A stretch of DNA of 63,986 nt from an uncultured Thermoplasmatales archaeon. Lineage in GTDB: Archaea > Thermoplasmatota > Thermoplasmata > Thermoplasmatales > GCA-001856825. The stretch lies in NCBI GenBank assembly GCA_964391105.1, contig CAYMKC010000001.1, forward strand, positions 1-63,986, in the 5' to 3' direction. Position numbers and translations under genes: made by a program. How positions within the stretch are numbered: the stretch's first letter is position 1; each line of letters starts with the position of its first letter. The notes under the pieces are model-generated. The model was not told the origin of the DNA and made no database searches. It saw only the letters and a list, made by a program, of their open reading frames with translations. This document shows positions 25,403-34,691 of the stretch, piece after piece.

Positions 25403-25954
25403 ATGTCAGACAATTTCAGAGTTCTCGGTATTGGAGGTGCCGGTGTCAACGTGGTAAGGGAGCTTGGGTATAGAAATTCCGCTTACATAGATTCTTCGAG
25501 TTTTGAGACCCTACAAGGGGTAGAGGAATTCATTAAAGGACAGGGGAGGAACGAGAAGGTTGTAATAGTATCGTCTCCGGCAGGAGGATTCTCTTCTATG
25601 GTCCTGAGAACTGTCTGCAATGCGCTAAATTCTAACGGAAATAGAGTATACCTCATCGGCATTCTGCCGTTTCATAGCGAGTCCCCTGAGAGAAAAAAGA
25701 GGGGAGAGGTAGTACTGAGGGAGCTAGGAAATTCAGTAGAGACAACGGAGATCGTGGACAACGAGAACTTTGCATCATCTATGAGGGAATACGGGTGGAC
25801 ATTTGCGATGTCAAAGATCAACGAGTACGTCGGTGGTCTGGTCAGGGATCTCGTGATTCAAGGTGATGAGAGAGAAACCATCAAGGCGAAAGAAGTACCC
25901 ATTGAGCGCGGGCAGGGAATGTTTGTCCCAAACCAGAGTGTGTCGATGAACTAG
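25403..25954 (+). CDS. FtsZ/tubulin-superfamily protein with the N-terminal domain only and a degenerate tubulin signature
   Basis: 183 aa. It aligns by eye to the N-domain of the bona fide FtsZ in this window: FRVLGIGGAGVNVV vs [29 protein letters not shown] vs [31 protein letters not shown] vs [15 protein letters not shown], and TTEIVDNENF vs [10 protein letters not shown]. Confidence 0.7.
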   Translation: MSDNFRVLGIGGAGVNVVRELGYRNSAYIDSSSFETLQGVEEFIKGQGRNEKVVIVSSPAGGFSSMVLRTVCNALNSNGNRVYLIGILPFHSESPERKKRGEVVLRELGNSVETTEIVDNENFASSMREYGWTFAMSKINEYVGGLVRDLVIQGDERETIKAKEVPIERGQGMFVPNQSVSMN

Positions 25955-26038
25955 AGATAAAACTCTAACAGTCGCATAGGATCAAGACCAGATGGTCAGC
26001 AAGAGATATAAGTCACGATTGCATCCATCGCTCTGTAA

Positions 26039-26974
26039 ATGCTAGTAAAGCAGACGGCATTTGGAAATACTCCGCTATTGTTTGCAAAGAATCTTGGAAA
26101 GTCCATCAACGTGGCTGGGTTATACCTCAAGTGTGAGGGCTCAAACCCCACAAAAACACAGAAGGACCGTCCCGCATCCCTCCACGTCAGGAGGGCAATA
26201 GAGAGGGGACACGATACGATAGTAGTGGGCAGCTGCGGAAACTATGGAGCGGCAATAGCATATTATGCACTCTTGAGCCACATCAAGGCACGCATCTACA
26301 TTCCAAAAGGGTTCCACTCTCCCAGGTTGAGGGAGATAGAAGAGAAGTATGGCGCGAAGTTGATCTTGGTAGAGGGGATGTACGAGGATGCAGTGGAGGC
26401 AAGCAAGCGGGATTCAGAATCCAACGGATGGTTTGACGCGAATGCAGGCGCTTATCCAGAACTCGGCCTGGAAGCCTACGCTGAAATTGCGTACGAGATC
26501 ATGGGTTCAACGAGAAAGGTTCCAGCGACCGTATCCGTTCCTGTTGGAAACGGGACGACGGTTGCAGGCATCTATCACGGTTTTGCAAAACTGAAAAGGG
26601 ATGGGATCATCGACAAAGTACCCAGGATGATCGCGGCCAGTACAGATGGCGGCAATCCAGTAGTTGAGAGTTTCAGGAACGGGAATGATTCGATCAGAGA
26701 TTTCCCCAGGGAGAGGATACACGAAACGGACATAAACGAAGCTCTCGTTAACTATCATTCATACGATGGAGAGCTGGCTTTCAAGGCGCTCGTAGACTCG
26801 TATGGGTACGCGGAGTATGTGACAGATAGAGAGTTGATGGAGTTTGTAGAATCGCTCAGGGTTCAGGAAGGAATAGAGTCTATACCACCAGCCGTCTCAT
26901 CCATAGCAGCGCTCTCTCACATCGCTAGAAGAAATACTGTCGCCGGAATAAACGTTGCAGTCCTGACGGGCTGA
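26039..26974 (+). CDS. Fold-type II PLP-dependent enzyme (threonine synthase / Trp-synthase-beta-like)
   Basis: PLP-lysine motif NPTKTQKDR and glycine-rich SVPVGNGTTVAG. Confidence 0.7.
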   Translation: MLVKQTAFGNTPLLFAKNLGKSINVAGLYLKCEGSNPTKTQKDRPASLHVRRAIERGHDTIVVGSCGNYGAAIAYYALLSHIKARIYIPKGFHSPRLREIEEKYGAKLILVEGMYEDAVEASKRDSESNGWFDANAGAYPELGLEAYAEIAYEIMGSTRKVPATVSVPVGNGTTVAGIYHGFAKLKRDGIIDKVPRMIAASTDGGNPVVESFRNGNDSIRDFPRERIHETDINEALVNYHSYDGELAFKALVDSYGYAEYVTDRELMEFVESLRVQEGIESIPPAVSSIAALSHIARRNTVAGINVAVLTG

Positions 26975-26998
26975 TTTGCCAGCTTAGATTCCAGTAGC

Positions 26999-27694
26999 TT
27001 ATTCTTTCCCTGGTCTCTCCTTGCAGCCTATCGCTCCCATCAGTATCCTGTATTCGTACGGCGAGAGTATTGCTCTTGAAATCACTCGCCTGAAGAGCAA
27101 CGTCGTCTTGTATACCCTGTGCTCTGGGTAATTGTTCTCAATCAGGCTTGTCCTGAACCTTTCTATCAGTCGGTCGCTCTCCTCCCTTGCGATAGTTTCC
27201 CTTTTTGTGGACTTCTTCCCTCCAAAGATCTCGTAGAACAATATGGCCGCAGCGCTCGAGACGTTGAGAATCGGGTACCTTTCATCGGCAGGTACGTGTA
27301 TGAAGAAATCGCACATAGCGAGCTCCTTGTTGACGAGACCGATATCCTCCCGTCCCAAGACGATCCCAACCTTTCCGCTTATTTTCTTTGCAAGTTCCGC
27401 GAAATCGTTAGGGTTCAAGTAGTTCCGGAGGACATCCCTCGGCGACTCGCTCTTCACTCCCGACGTACCGACCACGTAATCGAGTCCCTTAATCGCATCC
27501 TCGAGTGAATCTACCATCTTACACTTCGAAAGAATCTCGTTTCCTTTCATCGACCTGAAATTGTCTTCGCTAGGGATTCTGTGGACGTTTACAACGGTCA
27601 GATCCTTAAGTCCAAAGTTCTTCATGAGCCTGGCAATTGCTCCAAGATTTCCTGGGTTTTTTGGTTCTACAACTATGATCCTGACAGACCGCAC
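26999..27694 (-). CDS. SpoU/TrmH-family RNA 2'-O-methyltransferase (TrmJ-like)
   Basis: EPKNPGNLGAIARLMKNFG at the N-terminus and the SPOUT-knot region LNVSSAAAILFYE. Confidence 0.8.
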   Translation of the reverse strand: MRSVRIIVVEPKNPGNLGAIARLMKNFGLKDLTVVNVHRIPSEDNFRSMKGNEILSKCKMVDSLEDAIKGLDYVVGTSGVKSESPRDVLRNYLNPNDFAELAKKISGKVGIVLGREDIGLVNKELAMCDFFIHVPADERYPILNVSSAAAILFYEIFGGKKSTKRETIAREESDRLIERFRTSLIENNYPEHRVYKTTLLFRRVISRAILSPYEYRILMGAIGCKERPGKE

Positions 27695-27749
27695 GATCTT
27701 AATTTTGAACGCAAATAAACCTTTTTACTCTCCACGCCTTTCAGGACAG

Positions 27750-29063
27750 ATGGACGGGGAGAAATTCCTGTTTTCACTTTCGAGGTTTGGAATAAAGCTG
27801 GGTCTGGGGCCAACAATAGCATTCGCGAACTCTCTCGGTGATCCGCAGAACGCCTTCAGGACGATTCATATAGCCGGATCCAACGGAAAGGGTTCCACTT
27901 CGACCTTCGTATACAGAATCATCAAGAGACAGGCAACGGCCGGGCTGTACACGTCGCCTCACCTGAGAAGGTTTACTGAAAGAATCGTGGTGGACGATAA
28001 AGAGATCACACCAGAATCCATCGACGATTTTGTTTCTAACCATATGTCAACAGTACTCTTCAATGGAGAGGAAACTCAGTTGACATTCTTCGAATACACA
28101 ACGATGATGGCATTCGATTATTTCAGACGACAGCGAGTACAGTTTGTGGTAGTGGAGGTTGGACTCGGAGGAAGATTGGACTCCACAAACATAGTGGATC
28201 CGGAAGTCTCGGTAATTACAAGCCTTTCGCTTGAGCACGCGGACAAGCTGGGTGGAAGCATAGAATATATTGCGCGAGAGAAGGGTGGAATCATCAAGAG
28301 GAATAAGCCTCTCGTTCTGGGCAGGGTACCTGAAATGGCTCGGAATGTACTTCATCAGGTTGCGAGTCAGAACGGGTCTGAGGTAAAGGAAGTGAGGGAT
28401 TGCAAGGTAAGCAATCTCGAATTATCACTTTCGGAGACGAAGTTTGAGGTTGCCACGCCTTTGAGAAATTACAAGGTGAGGCTGAAGGCGCTTGGCGAAC
28501 ATCAGGTAGACAACTCGATTGCCTCGATACTTGCAAGCGAGTCGCTGAAAGAACCAATAGATGAGAATAAAGTGCTTGAGGGACTTGAAGAGGACCAGAT
28601 TCCAGGAAGATTCGAAGTCAGAAGGAAAGACCCGTTGCTCATACTAGATGGTGCTCACAATTCAGAGGCATCAAGACTACTCGGCTCAAACATCAGGAGA
28701 TACGGAATTAAGAATCCGTTGATAGTGCTGGGCGTCCTGAAAGACAAGAACAGCTATAACATCCTTCAGAACCTGTCTGAAGTCTCGGATACCGTTCTGA
28801 TAACAGAGCCAAACGAGCCTGAAAGACGGAAGGATGGCAACGAGCTGAAGAGGGAAGCGAGACTCTTCTTCAAGGAAGTCGAAGTCAAGAGACAGCCATC
28901 GAAGGCTCTCGAGACGGCGCTGGCTGCCAACAGAAACACAGTGATTACCGGTTCGCTATACCTAGTCGGAGAGATGGAACTTCTGCTGGATGCAAAGAAA
29001 AAAACTGAAAGTGTTCCAGTGGAAGTGGAGGGCGGACTGAAGCAGGCAGAATCCACCAGGTAG
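27750..29063 (+). CDS. folC: Folylpolyglutamate synthase / dihydrofolate synthase (Mur ligase family)
   Basis: P-loop HIAGSNGKGST and Mur-ligase middle and C-terminal domains. The start is set at MDGEKFLF; the ORF-track start at 27561 overlaps the convergent TrmJ-like gene. Confidence 0.8.
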   Translation: MDGEKFLFSLSRFGIKLGLGPTIAFANSLGDPQNAFRTIHIAGSNGKGSTSTFVYRIIKRQATAGLYTSPHLRRFTERIVVDDKEITPESIDDFVSNHMSTVLFNGEETQLTFFEYTTMMAFDYFRRQRVQFVVVEVGLGGRLDSTNIVDPEVSVITSLSLEHADKLGGSIEYIAREKGGIIKRNKPLVLGRVPEMARNVLHQVASQNGSEVKEVRDCKVSNLELSLSETKFEVATPLRNYKVRLKALGEHQVDNSIASILASESLKEPIDENKVLEGLEEDQIPGRFEVRRKDPLLILDGAHNSEASRLLGSNIRRYGIKNPLIVLGVLKDKNSYNILQNLSEVSDTVLITEPNEPERRKDGNELKREARLFFKEVEVKRQPSKALETALAANRNTVITGSLYLVGEMELLLDAKKKTESVPVEVEGGLKQAESTR

Positions 29064-29080
29064 AAATCAAAACACGCTAT

Positions 29081-29103
29081 TCTCCAGTCGAAGCAAAGGG
29101 GCC
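29081..29103. promoter_or_regulatory. Single ORB-like (origin recognition box-like) element upstream of cdc6 paralogue 2
   Basis: tCTCCAGTcGAAgCAAAGGGGcc resembles the archaeal ORB pattern TCCAGTGGAAAC...GGGG. I found only one copy and no flanking inverted partner. Confidence 0.25.
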
Positions 29104-29189
29104 TACATGAGGCGTGGGATATTTATCCGTTTTGGTAAAAGACTTGATAAGAAACGGTTTTAATAAGGTAACTTTTCTGTTATTATATC

Positions 29190-30446
29190 ATGGTAAATTC
29201 ATCCAAAAACTTGTTTGAAAAATTCACTAGTACATCTCTGATAGTTAAAGGGCAGAGACAAGCACTCGAGCCTGGTTTCATTCCGGACAGGTTGCCACAC
29301 CGCGAGGAGGAAGCGGAACAGCTTGCAGAAATACTGTCCCCATCCCTGAGGAATTTCAAGCCTTCTAATGTTATTATCTTTGGCAAACCAGGAGTAGGTA
29401 AGACTAGCGTCGTCAAGTTTGTCGAGAGCGAAATTTCCAAAGCGATCCAATCTAGACTGGATACAAAGATCAAGATCATAGACGTGAACTGCGGCGTTGT
29501 AGACAGCCCGTACGGAGTACTCTTGTCGGTGGGAGATGGGTTGCTTGAATCGTGGGAAGAAAAGCTCCCTTTTACGGGCTGGCCGCTGGATAAACTGTAC
29601 AACACCGTTCTGGAGAAGATAAAGTCCTTCGCGGGCATCGCAATAATAGTCCTGGACGAGATAGACAAGCTGGTGAAAAAGAGTGGTGACTCCGTCCTGT
29701 ACCAGCTTCTCAGGATAAACGAGGTAACGAATGAGGGAAGGGTCAGCATACTCGGAATAAGCAACGATCTGCGGTTCACAGAATACCTAGACCCGAGGGT
29801 CAAGAGCAGGTTGATCGAGGAGACTATGGTCTACAACCCGTACAACGCATCTCAGATCTATGACATTCTGAGAGACAGATCACTATATGCTGGGATAGCC
29901 GACTCAATTGACGAGTCCGCAATGAAGACGTGCGCCGCTCTTGCTGCTCAAGAGCATGGAGACGCCAGGAGAGCGATCGACATGCTCAGGATAGCTGTGG
30001 AGATTACGGAGAAAGACAAAGAAAAGAGGATAGTGGACGACACGATTTACGAGGCGAAGAAGAAGCTGGAGAGAGATGTTGTGGTGGAAACGGTATCAAC
30101 CCTCCCGCTTCACAGCAAACTCGTCCTGTTTTCCATATCTCTCATAGACGAGATCAAGAACGGTGGGAGCTCCACGATGGGCGAATTCTACGACCTCTAC
30201 GAAAAGATCGCGGACAGGATGAGCATGACCGGGCTCACGCAGAGGAGAGTAGCCGACATCATAGGTGAACTGACGAACCTCGGACTGATAGACTCCAGGG
30301 TCCAGAGTTTCGGTAGGTACGGAAGGACAACGACCGCATCTCTAAACTACGGTTCGTCCAAGATAAAGGATATACTTCTCAGCGATGAGATTCTGGCACA
30401 GCTCAGGGACGTTAAACCACTTCAGAAGTCGTTGCCGGATTCATAA
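29190..30446 (+). CDS. cdc6: Orc1/Cdc6 replication initiator paralogue 2
   Basis: FIPDRLPHREEE, Walker A GKPGVGKTS, Walker B IVLDEIDKL, GDARRAIDMLR, and a C-terminal winged helix. Confidence 0.9.
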   Translation: MVNSSKNLFEKFTSTSLIVKGQRQALEPGFIPDRLPHREEEAEQLAEILSPSLRNFKPSNVIIFGKPGVGKTSVVKFVESEISKAIQSRLDTKIKIIDVNCGVVDSPYGVLLSVGDGLLESWEEKLPFTGWPLDKLYNTVLEKIKSFAGIAIIVLDEIDKLVKKSGDSVLYQLLRINEVTNEGRVSILGISNDLRFTEYLDPRVKSRLIEETMVYNPYNASQIYDILRDRSLYAGIADSIDESAMKTCAALAAQEHGDARRAIDMLRIAVEITEKDKEKRIVDDTIYEAKKKLERDVVVETVSTLPLHSKLVLFSISLIDEIKNGGSSTMGEFYDLYEKIADRMSMTGLTQRRVADIIGELTNLGLIDSRVQSFGRYGRTTTASLNYGSSKIKDILLSDEILAQLRDVKPLQKSLPDS

Positions 30447-30473
30447 ATTTATATATCTCTGGCCCAATCGGGT

Positions 30474-31022
30474 ATGGTGAAGGCAAAGGCAATTCTTATC
30501 ATCGGCATGCCCGGCTCAGGCAAGGACGAGTTTGCGATGGTAGCGCGTGAGATGGGAATCGAAGTCCTGAACATGGGAGACATCGTTAGGGAGTTTACCA
30601 ACAGCATCGGTGTGAGCATCTCGATGAGCGGAGAGATTGCTTCAAGGGAGAGAAGGGACAACGGGATGGACGTATGGGCAAAGAGGACCATAGAGAGGGT
30701 AAAGAGCAACTTCGTCGTAGTTGAGGGAATAAGAAACGTGGAGGAGATTGTCAGGTTTAGGAAGGACATGGAGATAGGGCTTGTTGTGGGTATCGCCTCG
30801 GGGAGAGACAATAGGTACGACAGGCTACTGAAGAGGGGGAGGGAAGACGATCCCCGCAACATCGAGGAATTCGGTGTGAGGGAGAAGCGGGAACTTAACT
30901 GGGGAATTGGAGAGGTCCTTGCTACTGCCGACCGCTATCTCTGCAACGATTCCACGATAGAACACTTCAGGGAAAAGGTCAACGGATTCCTCAAGGAACA
31001 CATAATTCAAGAAAGTTCTTGA
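30474..31022 (+). CDS. P-loop nucleotide kinase-like protein (archaeal UPF0200-type)
   Basis: P-loop IIGMPGSGKDE. The size and layout resemble small nucleotide kinases. Confidence 0.6.
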   Translation: MVKAKAILIIGMPGSGKDEFAMVAREMGIEVLNMGDIVREFTNSIGVSISMSGEIASRERRDNGMDVWAKRTIERVKSNFVVVEGIRNVEEIVRFRKDMEIGLVVGIASGRDNRYDRLLKRGREDDPRNIEEFGVREKRELNWGIGEVLATADRYLCNDSTIEHFREKVNGFLKEHIIQESS

Positions 31023-31557
31023 AGATGTTGCGTCCGAACTGTGTGTGCTCAACCTCCGGGTGAAACTGTAGTGCATATCTCTTGTCCTTTGCATTGACCA
31101 TCGCCTGTACCTTGCAGGTTTCCGATGAGGCGAGAAGTTCGAATCCTAGCGGGGTATCCTTGATCTCGTCGTTGTGGCTCTCCCAAGCGTAAAACTTCTT
31201 AGAAACGCCTCTGAGGATCGAATCTTCATCTCTGATAGAAATCTCAACCCTGCCAAACTCCGGATGAATCGCAGGGGAGACCTTTGATCCGTAGTGCATG
31301 CCCATGAACTGTGCACCCGCGCAAATTCCGAGGATCGGTATCCTCATCCTATCCAGGATCTCGGCGGTGTTTCCCAACCTGAAGCTCTCGTAGGCTATGG
31401 ACGGCGCTCCCCCTGAAAGAACGAGGCCATCTGCGTCGCCTATCTGTTCTGTGCTCGATTCGTTGGATCTTATCTCACAGCTGACGTCAAGATCTCTGAG
31501 GACCCGCCACTCTCTGTGAGTCCACTGCCCCCCATTGTCGATGACGTAGATCTTCAA
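30991..31557 (-). CDS. guaA: GMP synthase, glutamine amidotransferase subunit A
   Basis: KIYVIDNGGQW, catalytic GICAGAQ and QFHPEV. I place the start at the TTG at 31557 (preceded by gaggcgagaggg), because the ORF-track N-terminal extension has no homology-like content. Confidence 0.8.
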   Translation of the reverse strand: MKIYVIDNGGQWTHREWRVLRDLDVSCEIRSNESSTEQIGDADGLVLSGGAPSIAYESFRLGNTAEILDRMRIPILGICAGAQFMGMHYGSKVSPAIHPEFGRVEISIRDEDSILRGVSKKFYAWESHNDEIKDTPLGFELLASSETCKVQAMVNAKDKRYALQFHPEVEHTQFGRNIFKNFLELCVP

Positions 31558-31570
31558 ACGCCCTCTCGCC

Positions 31571-32278
31571 TCACACCTTTCTGCTCGTAAGCATGTCAAT
31601 GTAGCTATTAATGTGCTCTGCGAGAAGGGGGTTGTCCGTGAACCCGCAGGCTGAGAGATCCGGTGCTGCAATGAGAGCCCTGGAACCGTCAGAGACCATA
31701 TCGGTCGCTATCAGCGAGTTGTTCCTGAATACCCTGGTGCCCTGCGGGACGCGCTGATTATCCGGAGCCACGATTGAGACAGTAACGTTTCTGGTGATAG
31801 CAGATTCTATTTCCTTTCCGAGCTCTTGCCTGAGCTCCCTGAGCTTTGGGGTCGAGATCGATGCGAATCTCTCGGCAGAGTTTAAGACCTCCTTCATCTT
31901 CTCGAGGACCCTTTCCCTGCCGTAGATAGTGTAGATGAGTTGAGGAAGACCCTGTTGTGTCAGGAGCTCATTCATATCTGTGAGTTTCTCGAACAGTACG
32001 TCCAGGTTCTTTGAGAAATTTTTTCGTATCTCGTAGATGTTCTTCGCCTTGAACACCTTGGGCCTCCCCTCCAGCGAAGTTATGAATCCTCTCTCTTCCA
32101 GTTTCTCCAGAACTTTGTAAGTGGAAGTTCTGGGGATTTTAGCGGTCATTGCTATAGTATCTGGTGTACTTGCTCCCAGTAATACGAGCGCTAAGAACCC
32201 CCTCAGTTCGTAGTCTGTCATTGCGAAACTCTCGAAGTATTTCGATACCTCCGCAAGCTCTTTTTCAAAATCTTCCAT
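31571..32278 (-). CDS. TrmB-family transcriptional regulator
   Basis: N-terminal wHTH MTDYELRGFLALVLLGASTPDTIAMTAKIPRTSTYKVLEKLEERGF. Confidence 0.75.
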   Translation of the reverse strand: MEDFEKELAEVSKYFESFAMTDYELRGFLALVLLGASTPDTIAMTAKIPRTSTYKVLEKLEERGFITSLEGRPKVFKAKNIYEIRKNFSKNLDVLFEKLTDMNELLTQQGLPQLIYTIYGRERVLEKMKEVLNSAERFASISTPKLRELRQELGKEIESAITRNVTVSIVAPDNQRVPQGTRVFRNNSLIATDMVSDGSRALIAAPDLSACGFTDNPLLAEHINSYIDMLTSRKV

Positions 32279-32325
32279 AGGTAATAATAAAAAAGACTTT
32301 TATAATTTTTTGCACTACAAGCACG

Positions 32326-33237
32326 ATGAAATGTTCACAGTGCAACGGTGAGTCGGTGGCGTACCTGAAATACAGCGGGAGCCATCTCTGTGACAAGCAC
32401 TTCATCAAGTTCTTTCAGAAGAGGGTGAATCTGGAGTTCAGGAGCGAACTGAAGTTCGAGGGGAACGTTAGGATAGGGGTAGCTCTTTCTGGCGGCAAGG
32501 ACAGCTCTGTTGCGCTTTACGAGACCAATCGCGTCTTTGGGAAGCGGAGGGATGTGAGCATCATTGCGATCACGATCGATGAAGGGATAAATTCGTACAG
32601 GCCAGAGACGATCAAGACCGCCGAGTCTCTGACAAGGAAACTGGGAATAGAGCACAGGATATTGAGGATAGAGGACAGTTTCGGGACACCAATGGATTCG
32701 ATTTCGGAAGGCGGAAGGCTCGCGCCGTGCAGCTATTGTGGCGTATTCAGAAGGAAACTGATGAACTCGTCTGGAATCGATGAGGACGTCGATTACATGG
32801 TCACAGGTCTCAATCTTGACGACACGGCCCAATCGGCGATGATGAACATCGTGAGGGGAGACATTGCCAGGTTAGGAAGGATGGGGCCACATTCCGTTTC
32901 AAAAGACGGACTAGTCCCAAGACTTCAGCCACTGAGGAAGATACCGGAAAAGGAAGTCATGCTTTACGCCATTCTCCTCGGCATAGATTTCTCACATTCG
33001 GTGTGTCCGTACGCTGAAAGGGCCATCAGAAACGAATTCCGTGAAGCCATCGACAGATGGGAGGAGAGGTCCCCAGGGACCAAGCATTCCATAGTAAACT
33101 CCCTGGACAAACTGAAAGCACTTATACCAAGCGAGAGTGACGTTAAAATGGGAAGATGCAAAGTGTGCGGTTCGCCCACCCCGGGAGACGTTTGTCAGAG
33201 CTGTTCATTTCAAAAGGAGCTGGGAACTTGGACGTGA
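32326..33237 (+). CDS. TtuA/NcsA-type tRNA 2-thiolation PP-loop ATPase
   Basis: N-terminal zinc finger CSQCN...CDKHF, PP-loop SGGKDSS, and C-terminal CKVCGSPTPGDVCQSC. Confidence 0.8.
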   Translation: MKCSQCNGESVAYLKYSGSHLCDKHFIKFFQKRVNLEFRSELKFEGNVRIGVALSGGKDSSVALYETNRVFGKRRDVSIIAITIDEGINSYRPETIKTAESLTRKLGIEHRILRIEDSFGTPMDSISEGGRLAPCSYCGVFRRKLMNSSGIDEDVDYMVTGLNLDDTAQSAMMNIVRGDIARLGRMGPHSVSKDGLVPRLQPLRKIPEKEVMLYAILLGIDFSHSVCPYAERAIRNEFREAIDRWEERSPGTKHSIVNSLDKLKALIPSESDVKMGRCKVCGSPTPGDVCQSCSFQKELGTWT

Positions 33238-33713
33238 TCTACGGAATACTTGCACTCTTCGTTTCGATGATCGCCTTCATAGTTCTCAGGGGCTATGCAC
33301 TTAGATCTAAAAAGACGGGTTCGAACTTCGTTTACCGGGACCTTAGGGTGATAACGTCCGAGGGTAGCAACCCCGGAGTGATGGTTTATGCCATATCCAT
33401 ACTCACCGCAATAATTGGCCCCTTCTCTTACAGGTTGTATCCGTTGAATGACCTCGGATACGTTGTTATGAACGTTGTGGCAGCACTCTTCTTCGTACTC
33501 ATATATCCACAGTACGCTCCAGTAACAGGTTTTGCCACCGTAGACGTTATAGAGGTGTCAGGAACGAGATACTGTATAGTCGGCAAGGTGATGAACAGGC
33601 GATTCAAGGTCGCAACGATTACGGAGAGGCCAAAGTTTGAGATAATTGCAGAAACTGGGCGGGGAAGGCGTTTGATATTCGAGGTCACTGATCGGTCTTC
33701 TTCCCCGATGTGA
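33228..33713 (+). CDS. Hypothetical membrane protein
   Basis: Several hydrophobic helices. The TTG at 33228 is preceded by aaaggag. The ORF-track start at 33156 lies inside the upstream gene. Confidence 0.5.
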   Translation: MDVIYGILALFVSMIAFIVLRGYALRSKKTGSNFVYRDLRVITSEGSNPGVMVYAISILTAIIGPFSYRLYPLNDLGYVVMNVVAALFFVLIYPQYAPVTGFATVDVIEVSGTRYCIVGKVMNRRFKVATITERPKFEIIAETGRGRRLIFEVTDRSSSPM

Positions 33714-34335
33714 GCTTTGTCATAACTCCAACGGCCGAATTCATTAGTTTCTCGTCCATGATGAAAGTAATATCGTTGTAGAATGCGGCTACCTGGTAGA
33801 CGTTTATCCCGTTGATTGCGAGGATCGTCGAAATGTATGCGACATATCCCCGTAACTTCTCAATTATAAGTGGCGAGATTACCACCAGTTCTCCGAGGTT
33901 GTCCCTGAATGAAAGTATGTCTTCGGAAGGGAAATGTTTCCTCACGTCTGGCGCATTCTTCTTGTCTATGACCATGACTATCCCCTGGCTTCCCTGAACG
34001 ACCCTTATCCTCCCGCCTGAGCCAAAAATTTCGGTATAAATCCTTGACGCCCTGATGAAATTCTCCGAGGAGTTTCTGACCGTTAGATTGGTGATGGAAT
34101 AGTATGCCTCAATCCTGGATTCACTAAGTGCAGACTTGTACGCCGACTCTAGGGTCGGATTCCTCTCTGGGTAGCGTTTTATCGCTGCCAGGACTGCATT
34201 GAAGTTCTGCGTCTTCAGCTCCTTCATCACGTATCTCGCGAGTGAGGAGTAGTTGACTATACCAGACTTGAGAGATTCCATGGCCCAGGGGTTGGACGAA
34301 AGGTATTCAGAGACTCGCCTGCTGATCCTCTCCAT
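33685..34335 (-). CDS. Hypothetical protein with an ACT-like C-terminal region
   Basis: 216-aa ORF. The C-terminal segment GYVAYISTILAINGINVYQVAAFYNDITFIM resembles ACT domains. This assignment is weak. Confidence 0.45.
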   Translation of the reverse strand: MERISRRVSEYLSSNPWAMESLKSGIVNYSSLARYVMKELKTQNFNAVLAAIKRYPERNPTLESAYKSALSESRIEAYYSITNLTVRNSSENFIRASRIYTEIFGSGGRIRVVQGSQGIVMVIDKKNAPDVRKHFPSEDILSFRDNLGELVVISPLIIEKLRGYVAYISTILAINGINVYQVAAFYNDITFIMDEKLMNSAVGVMTKLTSGKKTDQ

Positions 34336-34478
34336 GAGTGCACATAATTTACAACTTTAAAAATTAGCACTCCGATTTTTCGCCCCAAAAACAGAGCCTT
34401 ACCGATACGACTAACAGGATCCGCACGCGGTAGATTAAACGACAAAACAATAAAAAGTCACGCGCAATAACCTACCGT

Positions 34479-34691
34479 ATGACCGATTCAAGTGACAAGA
34501 AGATCATCTTGCTCCACAACTTCGACAGGACTGAGTACAAGAAGCTACTCAATTTTCTTTCTACCATTGGTATTTCGGGCAAGACAATAGTTGCAGTGAC
34601 GACTCCAGTCACGCTTGGATGGAAGGTAGGTGACTTATTGAACGAGCTACTTCTAGAAGACGAGACCCTGAAGGGCGAATCAAAGAGTTAG
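34479..34691 (+). CDS. Small hypothetical protein
   Basis: 70-aa ORF in an otherwise empty gap. I cannot assign a family with confidence. Confidence 0.4.
   Translation: MTDSSDKKIILLHNFDRTEYKKLLNFLSTIGISGKTIVAVTTPVTLGWKVGDLLNELLLEDETLKGESKS

Noticed and set aside
27561-27749. N-terminal extension of the FolC ORF
   Set aside because: It overlaps the 5' part of the opposite-strand TrmJ-like gene by more than 130 nt. The homology-like sequence begins at MDGEKFLF (27750).
29183-29803. 206-aa minus-strand ORF, with a similar 137-aa ORF at 30449-30862
   Set aside because: Both are antisense to strongly supported genes (Orc1/Cdc6 paralogue 2 and the P-loop kinase). They have Ser/Leu-rich shadow-frame composition.
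31558-31671. N-terminal extension of the GMP synthase subunit A ORF (MQHRISQPAGS...)
   Set aside because: It overlaps the 3' end of the TrmB-like gene and has no GATase-like sequence. The TTG at 31557 with an upstream purine-rich tract gives the canonical KIYVIDNGGQ start.
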